From Deltaproteobacteria bacterium (GTDB lineage Bacteria > Desulfobacterota_D > UBA1144 > Nemesobacterales > N074bin48), in contig SMWS01000042.1 of NCBI GenBank assembly GCA_004356685.1, forward strand, positions 1 to 32,774: DNA of 32,774 nucleotides, in the 5' to 3' direction. The notes beneath the pieces are model-generated. The model worked only from the letters and a program-made list of their open reading frames with translations, was not told the DNA's origin and did no database searches. Below, piece by piece: positions 1-7,611 of this stretch. Numbering within the stretch: the first letter of the stretch is position 1; each line of letters begins with the position of its first letter. A program made the translations under genes and the position numbers.

Positions 1-50
1 ATGGATTTCTGATTTAACATTTATTTAGAATAATTGGTTATATATAATTA

Positions 51-182
51 TTATTTCACCCCAACCTTCATACACAAATCTTCAATCTTACATATATCAC
101 ATTTTGGTCCGATTGGTTTACAAATATTCTGACCATAGGCTACAAGAAGTGAATTAGTATCAATCTTGTATTTTATTGGAAG
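51..182 (-). pseudogene. Orphan 3' fragment of an endonuclease III (nth) gene: last 43 codons plus stop, with no upstream coding continuation
   Basis: Minus-strand translation is LPIKYKIDTNSLLVAYGQNICKPIGPKCDICKIEDLCMKVGVK*. It aligns without gaps to the C-terminus of the intact nth at 877..1533 (LPKRYWIDINSLLVAYGQNICKPIGPKCDICKIEDMCMKVGVKQ*). Nt 54..182 versus 883..1011 match at 116 of 129 positions by my hand count. Homology stops abruptly beyond about 182. Confidence 0.8.
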
Positions 183-266
183 ATTTATATCAGCTATCTT
201 CTTTATAATAAATAATACTAATTAATAGAAAAGAATTCTTATTATAACTAATCTAACATGGAGAAC

Positions 267-713
267 TTATTCTATTTCTTCAAGAACTTGTGCATCAATA
301 ATATCTCTGTCACGACCAGTAGATTTTTTATTCTTTATTAAATTACTCTTTGAAATAAAAGGAAGTATTAATCCATCTAGTTTTATATCTTGTTTGCTTT
401 CATATGCATCGGTAAAATTAATACCATCAATATCTGTTAGAATATCAATCCTACTTGGAGCAACTCCTATCTGAAATACAATATTTTTCTGAGAAAAGGT
501 TTTCGGGGTTATATTATCAAGTGGAGCTCCAAAGTCAGACAAAGCTTTGTATAATTTATCAGAGTTTTCTTCAGTATTACCAATCCATATATCAAAATCA
601 CCTGTTGCTCTTGGGTAGCCGTATGCTGCCATAGCATATGCGCCTACAATAAGGAATCTTACCTCATTTCTTAATAAGCTTTGCAACATCTCTTTGTAGT
701 CTTTGTTCAACAT
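267..713 (-). CDS. Minimal nucleotidyltransferase-fold protein (MNT/DUF6036-like), possible toxin-antitoxin-type module component
   Basis: 148 aa ORF. The N-terminal pattern VRFLIVGAYAMAAYGYPRATGDFDIWI (G-x-A..G..R.T.D.D) is typical of small pol-beta-superfamily nucleotidyltransferases. It overlaps the upstream small ORF by 50 nt in a different frame. Confidence 0.6.
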   Translation of the reverse strand: MLNKDYKEMLQSLLRNEVRFLIVGAYAMAAYGYPRATGDFDIWIGNTEENSDKLYKALSDFGAPLDNITPKTFSQKNIVFQIGVAPSRIDILTDIDGINFTDAYESKQDIKLDGLILPFISKSNLIKNKKSTGRDRDIIDAQVLEEIE

Positions 714-852
714 TTTTTCTTTCTTTGAAATACCAGGCTTCTTTTGTCAGTTCCCACACCATAGATATCCTCTCCTGAGGAGAAGCATCCACAAAACCAT
801 CATCCTTATCACTCAGTTTTTTAAGAGTTACTATATCTCTATTTACCTTCAT
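664..852 (-). CDS. Small (62 aa) partner protein of the nucleotidyltransferase-fold gene; function unknown
   Basis: ORF directly upstream of the NTase-fold ORF and overlapping it. Its C-terminal ..EQRLQRDVAKLIKK resembles small proteins I recall as commonly paired with such NTases; this is from memory and unverified. There is no SD, and a perfect extended -10 lies 6 nt upstream of the ATG. Confidence 0.45.
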   Translation of the reverse strand: MKVNRDIVTLKKLSDKDDGFVDASPQERISMVWELTKEAWYFKERKNVEQRLQRDVAKLIKK

Positions 853-858
853 ACATTA

Positions 859-867
859 ATTATATCA
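859..867 (-). promoter_or_regulatory. Extended -10 promoter element TGATATAAT (minus strand), predicting a leaderless transcript for the 62-aa ORF
   Basis: The reverse complement of 859..867 reads TGATATAAT. Only 6 nt (TAATGT) separate the hexamer from the ATG at 852, so the predicted TSS falls on or next to the A of the ATG. No SD is present. The element sits in the 24-nt gap after the nth stop. Confidence 0.45.
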
Positions 868-876
868 CAGATATAG

Positions 877-1533
877 CTATTGTTTCACCCCAACCTTCAT
901 ACACATATCTTCAATTTTACATATATCACATTTTGGGCCGATTGGTTTACAAATATTTTGACCATAAGCTACAAGCAGTGAATTAATATCTATCCAGTAC
1001 CTTTTTGGAAGTTTTTTTCTTAGTTCCATCTCACTGTCATCAGGAGCTTTTGTTTTTATGTATCCAAAACGGTTAAAAATTCTGTGCACATGAGTATCAA
1101 CGCATATTCCGGGTTTGTTATAGCCAAGTGTAATAACCAGGTTAGCAGTTTTGCGCCCTACTCCTTTTAATTTCAACAGCTCATCCAGATCGTCAGGAAC
1201 CTTTGAATCATAATTTTCAACCAGTTCCTTAGATATATTCTTTATCGTTTTTGCCTTAACCCTGTAAAATCCAGCCGGGTACAGCACTTTTTCAATTTGA
1301 GGGATTTTTAACTTAAGCATATCTCCCGGATTAGATGCAAGCTTGAAGAGCCTGTTAGAAGCATCTGCTGTTGTGCTGTCTTTTGTCCGAAGGCTAATAA
1401 TCGTAGAAATCAGCACGCGGAAAGGCTCTCTTTTTCTTTCGGCATCAACGGTTACAAAAGGAGTTTTAAATCTTTTATACTCTTTTTTTACGATTTTAAC
1501 TATTTCTTTAATATTTATATCTTCCATTACCAA
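877..1533 (-). CDS. nth: Endonuclease III (DNA-(apurinic or apyrimidinic site) lyase)
   Basis: 218 aa. HhH-GPD region (LLKLKGVGRKTANLV, CVDTHVHRI) and a C-terminal 4Fe-4S loop C-x6-C-x2-C-x5-C (CKPIGPKCDICKIEDMC). Confidence 0.9.
   Translation of the reverse strand: MVMEDINIKEIVKIVKKEYKRFKTPFVTVDAERKREPFRVLISTIISLRTKDSTTADASNRLFKLASNPGDMLKLKIPQIEKVLYPAGFYRVKAKTIKNISKELVENYDSKVPDDLDELLKLKGVGRKTANLVITLGYNKPGICVDTHVHRIFNRFGYIKTKAPDDSEMELRKKLPKRYWIDINSLLVAYGQNICKPIGPKCDICKIEDMCMKVGVKQ
883..1011. repeat. Direct-repeat partner of 54..182 (the 3' end of the intact nth)
   Basis: Gapless alignment to 54..182 with 13 mismatches in 129 nt by hand count. The two copies are in the same orientation and bracket the two-gene cassette at 267..852. 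Confidence 0.8.
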
Positions 1534-1623
1534 TTGATATTTGTTATGTTTGTATTTTCAACAATTTAGAAGTAATTATTAACATATAAAACCGATTTTA
1601 TTTAACATCAATTTTATATTCAA

Positions 1624-2841
1624 ATGGAATATCCAAAGTTAAGGTTTGTAGATACATTCCCTGTTGAGCACGATGGAGGTAAATACATCTGCATCAGAGA
1701 CCCTCAAAACACAAACGGCAATATGCTGCTTGTGCCGCGTCAGACTCTTTATATAATCGCGCATTTTACCGGCAAAAATTCTGTAGTAGACATACAGACG
1801 AGCATGAAAAAACAGTATGGAGAGCTTATAGAAAAAAATCAAATAACAGAGATTGTAAAACAACTGGATAATGCTCTTCTGCTAGACAGTGATAAATATA
1901 GAAATCATAAGAAGAAACTAGAAGAGGACTTTAAGAATTCAAATATTAGAGAATCCTGCCATGCAGGGCTTTCCTATCCAAATGAAATTGACGAACTAAC
2001 TTCATGGATTGATGGCTATCTTGAACAGACTCCAGATCAAACAGGAAATGCTAAAGATACCGTTGCTATCATTTCGCCCCATATTGACTTTAGTAGAGGA
2101 GGCAAATCCTATGCAAAGGCATATAAAGAGCTTAAAGACAATAAGGACTGCGACACTTTTATCATATTTGGCACCTCCCACTACGCATCTGTTGAAAACC
2201 CTTTCATTCTAACTAGGAAAAACTTTACCACTCCCTTTGGTGAGGCACAGATAGATTTAGATTTAATAAATAGCATTGAAAATGATTGTAATTGGGATTT
2301 ATATGAGGGAGAGATATATCATAAATCAGAACATTCAATAGAATTCCAGGTTGTGTTTCTGCAGTATCTTTTTAATAACAAAAAAGAGTTTAAAATTCTA
2401 CCAATTCTATGCAATTCATTCTATAAATTCATAGAAAAAGGAACCTCACCCAGTGAAGACAATAAAACAGCCACATTCTTAAATAGCATAAAAGAAATAG
2501 TAACCCGGTTGGGAAACAAAACCATAGTAATAGCCGGTGCCGATTTGGCTCATATGGGAAATAAATTTGGAGATGAAGAAACTGTAGACCAGAGCACCTT
2601 AAAATGGATAAAGAACAGAGATTACTTAAGCATTAAACATATTGAAAAATTAGAACAGGAGGCTTTTTACAGGTCTGTTGAAGAAGAAAAAGATAAAAGA
2701 AAGATTTGCGGTCTTTCTCCTATTTACGCCTTACTATCGGTAATAAACGCTAAAAAAGGTGAAATGCTTGATTATGGACAAGCCTTAGAACAAGACACAG
2801 GTTCTGTTGTTACTTATACCAGCATGGGGTTTTACTGCTGA
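1624..2841 (+). CDS. MEMO1-family / AmmeMemoRadiSam system protein B-like protein with an N-terminal extension of about 140 aa
   Basis: 405 aa. Motifs ISPHIDFSRGG..YAKAY, IIFGTSH and GADLAHMG match the Memo-like metal-site pattern. No AMMECR1 or radical-SAM partner is adjacent. Confidence 0.65.
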   Translation: MEYPKLRFVDTFPVEHDGGKYICIRDPQNTNGNMLLVPRQTLYIIAHFTGKNSVVDIQTSMKKQYGELIEKNQITEIVKQLDNALLLDSDKYRNHKKKLEEDFKNSNIRESCHAGLSYPNEIDELTSWIDGYLEQTPDQTGNAKDTVAIISPHIDFSRGGKSYAKAYKELKDNKDCDTFIIFGTSHYASVENPFILTRKNFTTPFGEAQIDLDLINSIENDCNWDLYEGEIYHKSEHSIEFQVVFLQYLFNNKKEFKILPILCNSFYKFIEKGTSPSEDNKTATFLNSIKEIVTRLGNKTIVIAGADLAHMGNKFGDEETVDQSTLKWIKNRDYLSIKHIEKLEQEAFYRSVEEEKDKRKICGLSPIYALLSVINAKKGEMLDYGQALEQDTGSVVTYTSMGFYC

Positions 2842-2842
2842 A

Positions 2843-3796
2843 ATGAGAAGAAAATTTCCGATATTTGATGGCCACCAGGATATTGCTTTTCACCTGAGTT
2901 ATTTTAGGCGAGACTTTGTTGCGCCAGAAATTCCCTGCATGATAACCCTTCCCGGACTAAAAAAGGGTAATATAAAATTCATATTAAATACAATATTTGT
3001 TCATCCTAAATTAAGACCTGAAAAAACAGTTGAGAACGCTAATCTACAATTTCAGGTTTATGAGGACATTTATACAGAGTTTGGCTCTGAAATTATGAAA
3101 ATTGAAGACAAAAAAGACCTGGATACCGCAATTAATGATAACAAGATTGGTTTTATCACTTTGATGGAAGGCGCAGACCCAATTGAACAGCCAGATGATT
3201 TGTATAAATATTACAATAAAGGTTTAAGAGTGCTGGGGCTGGCCTGGAATAACAAAAATGAATATGCTTCGGGCCCGGCAACCAAAGATGGTTTATCCGA
3301 AAAAGGAAAGGAAATAATTCAAATTATGAATGAATTAAATATAACTCTGGACCTTTCACACTTAAATGAAAAATGTTTTTGGCAAAGTCTAGAATCTTAT
3401 AATCATACCCCACTGGCAACTCATTCAAATGTAAGGAAATTAACAGATCATCCAAGAAACCTGTACGACGAACAGTTAAAAGAAATCTCAAAGCGTGGCG
3501 GCGTAATAGGTATAGTTCTTTATAACAATTTTCTTAAAACTACTGACGACCGGCCAACTTTAGAAGATATTTATAAACATATTGATTATATGCTTAATCT
3601 TTGCGGTGAAGACCACGTAGGAATAGGGAGCGATCTGGATGGCGCTGAGATAAAAGACTTTCCAAAAGAAATAAGGACAATCGCTAATTTACAGAAAATC
3701 CCTGAATATCTATCTAAAAAAGGTTACTCTGATGATCTTGTTAAAAAAATCTCGCATGACAATTTTCTCAGAGTTATAAGATACAATCTAAATTAG
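2843..3796 (+). CDS. Membrane dipeptidase, peptidase family M19 (renal dipeptidase-like)
   Basis: Motifs FDGHQD, DLSHLNE, ATHSN and GIGSDLDG. I prefer the ATG at 2843, 1 nt after the upstream stop codon (2839..2841), over the track start at 2807. The homologous region begins at MRRKFPIFDGHQD, and 2807 would add an unmatched 12-aa extension overlapping the upstream gene. Confidence 0.8.
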   Translation: MRRKFPIFDGHQDIAFHLSYFRRDFVAPEIPCMITLPGLKKGNIKFILNTIFVHPKLRPEKTVENANLQFQVYEDIYTEFGSEIMKIEDKKDLDTAINDNKIGFITLMEGADPIEQPDDLYKYYNKGLRVLGLAWNNKNEYASGPATKDGLSEKGKEIIQIMNELNITLDLSHLNEKCFWQSLESYNHTPLATHSNVRKLTDHPRNLYDEQLKEISKRGGVIGIVLYNNFLKTTDDRPTLEDIYKHIDYMLNLCGEDHVGIGSDLDGAEIKDFPKEIRTIANLQKIPEYLSKKGYSDDLVKKISHDNFLRVIRYNLN

Positions 3797-3824
3797 AAAG
3801 CCCGAAGCACATACTCCGGGCTTT
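3797..3824 (+). terminator. Possible stem-loop terminator after the dipeptidase gene
   Basis: AAAGCCCG (3797..3804) pairs with CGGGCTTT (3817..3824) around a 12-nt loop. The trailing T-tract is short (TTT then A), so this is a weak intrinsic terminator at best. Confidence 0.35.
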
Positions 3825-3956
3825 ATAGGGGAGGATGGAAATTAATAAACCATTCATCTTTATCTCTTATATATACTTTTAGATAATGATCGATTATAAA
3901 AGATTCAAATTAGCTTTTATATTATTTCTTGAATGTTTCTAGTAAAATAACAAATC

Positions 3957-4994
3957 ATGAAAATTAAAATCGGAATCTTGGGAGCAACAGGATATACAGG
4001 GGCTGAACTGCTGAGATTATTAGTAGGTCATCCCCATGCAGAAATTAAATGGCTAACATCAGAGAAATTTGCAAATAAGAAAATTTCTGAAGTTTTCCCG
4101 ACATTAAGAAATTTCATTGATCTTGAATGTAAATCTATAAGAGAAATAAACAAATTTAAAAATGTGGACGTAGTTTTTTCTTGCTTACCGCATGGAAGCT
4201 CTATGCATTTTGCTAAATTATTTTTGGATAAAGGCACGAAGTTTATAGATTTCAGTGCCGATTTTAGGTTTACAAATTTAAGCCTATACAACAAGCTTTA
4301 TAAGTTAAATCATATAAACCCTGAATTAAATAAAAAATCAGCATACGGCCTGCCTGAATTATTCAGGAAGAAGATAAAAAAATCAGAATTGATATCAAAT
4401 CCCGGATGTTATGCGACTGCTGCAATTTTAGGTTTAGCACCTTTGATTAAAAATAATCTAATAGATGCAAAATTTATCAATATTGATGCCAAAGCAGGAC
4501 TTTCAGGAGGCGGGAGAGCCCCAGTTAGTGAAAGGCAATTTTCTGAAGCTAACGATACAATTTCTATAAATTCAATCTCAAATCACAATCAAAAACCAGA
4601 AATTGAAGAACAACTCAGTATTCTATACAAAGCTAAATCAAAATTAGTTTTCTCAACATATAATATAAATATAGACAGGGGAATACTAACAACGATTACA
4701 GCAAAGCTGAAAAACTCCATATCGAAAAGTGAATTATTAGCAAAATATAAGAATTTTTATAAAAATGAAAATTTCATCAGATTAATTGATGATGAAAAAA
4801 ACATATCTACTAAAAATGTGCGATTTACAAATTACTGCGATATTGGAGTAAACATTCAAAACAGACATATTGTTTGTGTAACTGCCTTAGATAATTTAGG
4901 CAAAGGAGCTTCGGGACAAGCTGTGCAAAATATGAATATAATATTTAATCTAGAAGAGTCCGATGGCTTACAAAATACAGGGTTATATCCGTAA
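3957..4994 (+). CDS. argC: N-acetyl-gamma-glutamyl-phosphate reductase
   Basis: 345 aa. N-terminal GILGATGYTGAELLRLL..HP, active-site PGCYATA, and C-terminal DNLGKGASGQAVQNMN signature. Confidence 0.9.
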   Translation: MKIKIGILGATGYTGAELLRLLVGHPHAEIKWLTSEKFANKKISEVFPTLRNFIDLECKSIREINKFKNVDVVFSCLPHGSSMHFAKLFLDKGTKFIDFSADFRFTNLSLYNKLYKLNHINPELNKKSAYGLPELFRKKIKKSELISNPGCYATAAILGLAPLIKNNLIDAKFINIDAKAGLSGGGRAPVSERQFSEANDTISINSISNHNQKPEIEEQLSILYKAKSKLVFSTYNINIDRGILTTITAKLKNSISKSELLAKYKNFYKNENFIRLIDDEKNISTKNVRFTNYCDIGVNIQNRHIVCVTALDNLGKGASGQAVQNMNIIFNLEESDGLQNTGLYP

Positions 4995-5002
4995 TATTAA
5001 GA

Positions 5003-6472
5003 ATGAATAATTTTTATGAGATAATAGAGAAAAATCAAAAACTGGAAAAACCAGCGCTAGTAGATGATTTACAAAGCATCAGCTATAAAGATTTGTTTGT
5101 TCTTTGCAATAATCTATCATCATATTTAGCTAGCAAAAAAATAAGAAAAGCCGACCGAATTGCGATTTTTCTTCCAAATTCTATTGAATTTGCGCTAAGT
5201 TTTTTCTCCTGCTTAAATATTGGCGCTATAGCTGTACCAATCAACCCTAAATTCAAGAAAAATGAAATTCAGTACTATATAAATGACTCTAACCCCAAAT
5301 TAATAATAACCAGTGATACTTTAAGAACTATTTTATTAGAAACTAATAATAAATTAGAAAAAAAGATAATTTCTTTAAAAGGTGAAGAAGTAGACCTGGA
5401 TATTTTTAATCATAAATATTTAGGAGACAAATTAAATATTAATTCTATAAATGAGAATGATAAAGCAATATATTTATATTCAACAGGTTCTACGGGAATT
5501 CCCAAAAGAGTAACAAGAACACATAAAAACCTAATTTCACTAGCTAATAATCACAGCGAAACCGTGGGCCTGGATAAATCAGAAAAAATTCTGTTTACCC
5601 TGCCAATATCTCATACCTATGCGCTTGGCAATTTCATAGCGGCAATTAAGTCTGCAATGACATGTTACCTGCAGGGAGATTTTAACAGAAAGAAAGTAAC
5701 TCAAATAATTGAAAAGGAAAAAATAACAATTTATCCATGCGTGCCATTTATATTAGATGTTTTAGCGCAGTCTAACATTGATCCGAAATCGTTTAAAAGT
5801 TTAAAACTATTAATATCTGCCGGCGCTCCTCTTTCAAAAGAGGTATTTGATAAATTTTCTGAAAAGTTTGGAATTCACCCTAGACAATTATACGGTTCAT
5901 CAGAAACCGGGGTTATTTCTATTAATTTGGAAAAAGATATTACTAGCACACTTGGCTCTGTGGGTAAGCCGGTCAAAGGAGTGACAGTAAAGATCATTAA
6001 AGAAGATGGCAAAGATGCTAATACTAATGAACAAGGAGAGATAATTGTAAAAAGTGAAACAATGACAACCGGATATGACAATTTGCCCGAAGAGACTAAA
6101 GAAGTTTTTAAAAACGGATTTTATTACACAGGAGACTTGGGCTATGTAGATAAAAACGGTTTAATATATATAAACGGCAGAAAAAAACTGATTATCAATA
6201 TAAGTGGCAACAAAGTTGATCCCACAGAAGTCGAGAATATATTGTCATCTCATCCAAAAGTTAAAGAAGCCGCAGTTATAGGAATATCGCATCAAAGCAG
6301 TCATGAATCAATAAAAGCTTTTATAGTTTGCAATGAAAAGACTGAGAAAGGTGAAATAATCGTATATCTAAAAAATAAAATAGCAGATTATAAAATTCCT
6401 AATATAATAGAGTTTGTAGAAAACATACCTAAAAGTCCTACTGGAAAAATCCTTAGAAATAAACTAGGTTAA
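5003..6472 (+). CDS. Adenylate-forming enzyme (AMP-dependent synthetase/ligase; acyl-CoA or acyl-ACP ligase type)
   Basis: 489 aa. Core motifs YSTGSTGIPKR (A3), YGSSETG (A5), YYTGDLG (A7) and PKSPTGKILR (A10). It starts 8 nt after the argC stop. Confidence 0.85.
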   Translation: MNNFYEIIEKNQKLEKPALVDDLQSISYKDLFVLCNNLSSYLASKKIRKADRIAIFLPNSIEFALSFFSCLNIGAIAVPINPKFKKNEIQYYINDSNPKLIITSDTLRTILLETNNKLEKKIISLKGEEVDLDIFNHKYLGDKLNINSINENDKAIYLYSTGSTGIPKRVTRTHKNLISLANNHSETVGLDKSEKILFTLPISHTYALGNFIAAIKSAMTCYLQGDFNRKKVTQIIEKEKITIYPCVPFILDVLAQSNIDPKSFKSLKLLISAGAPLSKEVFDKFSEKFGIHPRQLYGSSETGVISINLEKDITSTLGSVGKPVKGVTVKIIKEDGKDANTNEQGEIIVKSETMTTGYDNLPEETKEVFKNGFYYTGDLGYVDKNGLIYINGRKKLIINISGNKVDPTEVENILSSHPKVKEAAVIGISHQSSHESIKAFIVCNEKTEKGEIIVYLKNKIADYKIPNIIEFVENIPKSPTGKILRNKLG

Positions 6473-6474
6473 TT

Positions 6475-6726
6475 ATGAGTGAAGAGTTAAAACTAAAGAT
6501 TAAAGAAATAATAATTAACAAATTTCAGCTGGAAATTAAAACCGCTCAATTTGATGAAAGTAAGCCATTTATTGAATATGGCGTAGGGCTGGATTCTGTT
6601 GCCAATTTAGAATTGATCTTAGAAATCGAAAAGGAGCTCAAGATAAACATAGATGAAGCTGAAATAGGAAGTGAAATATTGTTTAATTTCAAAAGCCTCT
6701 ATAATTTTATTAATAAGAGTATTTGA
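6475..6726 (+). CDS. Acyl carrier protein-like small carrier protein
   Basis: 83 aa, acidic, with the GLDSVANLELILEIE phosphopantetheine-attachment-type motif (DS). It starts 2 nt after the ligase stop. Confidence 0.75.
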   Translation: MSEELKLKIKEIIINKFQLEIKTAQFDESKPFIEYGVGLDSVANLELILEIEKELKINIDEAEIGSEILFNFKSLYNFINKSI

Positions 6727-7458
6727 TCACTTTTTAACTTTTTCTTTTTTCTTTTTATTTTCGAGATATTTCATCAGTGAATCCAGAAATTGAATCCTAA
6801 TCATCTCTGTAGCTTTACTTATAGGTTTCATCACAACACTGTCATAAACCTCTGAGGCAGTTTCCTCTAATTTTGTATCTCCTGCCGTTCTTGCAAGTCG
6901 CAAAACACCTACAGAGTTATAAAAAGTTGATTTTGAAATTGCCTTTCTAGCATCGTTAATCCTAAACTCCTCTAGGGCTTTTTGGGCTTCCAACAGCGAG
7001 TAAAAACCGACCCCAAAAAAAAGGCACAGTATCCTTTTAACTTCTTCAGTAGACATTACCTCCATAACATTGACCAAAGGCGCTTCTACAATTGCTTCCA
7101 GCTGTTTATTATCACTTCCGATTATATTAGCAAGATGCTTAAGCTTATCTTCATCAGCATCCTTCAGTAACCCGTTTATAGCGTCCCTAACAAATTCATG
7201 TGCAAAACTCTCCCTAATTTCCTCAAGTGCCAAACCCTCTGATTTAAGCGCTTTTATATATGCAAGTTTATCTACCGTATAGTCGGGAAAGTAAAGTGTT
7301 GTTGATTTACCCTTCACACCCTTAACTTTCCTTCTTTTCGGTTTAGGAAGAAGACCCAGTTTTACACAGGATCTTATAGTTTTCTCAGGATCAGCGCCTA
7401 AATTTATATTTCGCTCCTTTGAAATACTAATAAGATCAGAAATTGAAAGATCTACCAT
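6727..7458 (-). CDS. Hypothetical protein with a MerR-like N-terminal HTH interrupted by a lysine-rich insert
   Basis: 243 aa. LSISDLISISKE...TIRSCVKLGLLPKP followed by YTVDKLAYIKALKSEGLALEEIRE resembles the MerR HTH-wing pattern. The C-terminal half is unrecognised, and the tail is lysine-rich. Confidence 0.4.
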   Translation of the reverse strand: MVDLSISDLISISKERNINLGADPEKTIRSCVKLGLLPKPKRRKVKGVKGKSTTLYFPDYTVDKLAYIKALKSEGLALEEIRESFAHEFVRDAINGLLKDADEDKLKHLANIIGSDNKQLEAIVEAPLVNVMEVMSTEEVKRILCLFFGVGFYSLLEAQKALEEFRINDARKAISKSTFYNSVGVLRLARTAGDTKLEETASEVYDSVVMKPISKATEMIRIQFLDSLMKYLENKKKKEKVKK

Positions 7459-7611
7459 AACTCGATATTAAGATATTTTGTATGTTGTTGTCAATACAGT
7501 AATTTGTTTTTATATTAAATAAGAGTAAAACTTATAATATTATTTTGCTGCTAAACAAAAATTCCCAATAATTATAGTAAGTTAAATATTTTTTAACATA
7601 AAGCCTTCAGA

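Noticed and set aside
2807-2842. Track start codons that create long overlaps: the dipeptidase at 2807 and the GST at 32506.
   Set aside because: Downstream ATGs (2843 and 32458) start where family homology begins and sit immediately after the upstream stop codons. The extensions add unmatched residues.
3835-3882. 15-codon uORF (MEINKPFIFISYIYF*) upstream of argC, considered as a possible attenuation leader peptide.
   Set aside because: It contains no arginine codons. The GGAGG abuts the ATG with no spacer. I found no alternative terminator/antiterminator pairing downstream.
7548-7560. The 13-nt sequence ctgctaaacaaaa is shared between two intergenic regions (7548..7560 and 12074..12086); considered as a possible REP-like or regulatory repeat.
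   Set aside because: At this AT bias, tens of 13-mer coincidences are expected in 32 kb. The flanks do not extend the match.
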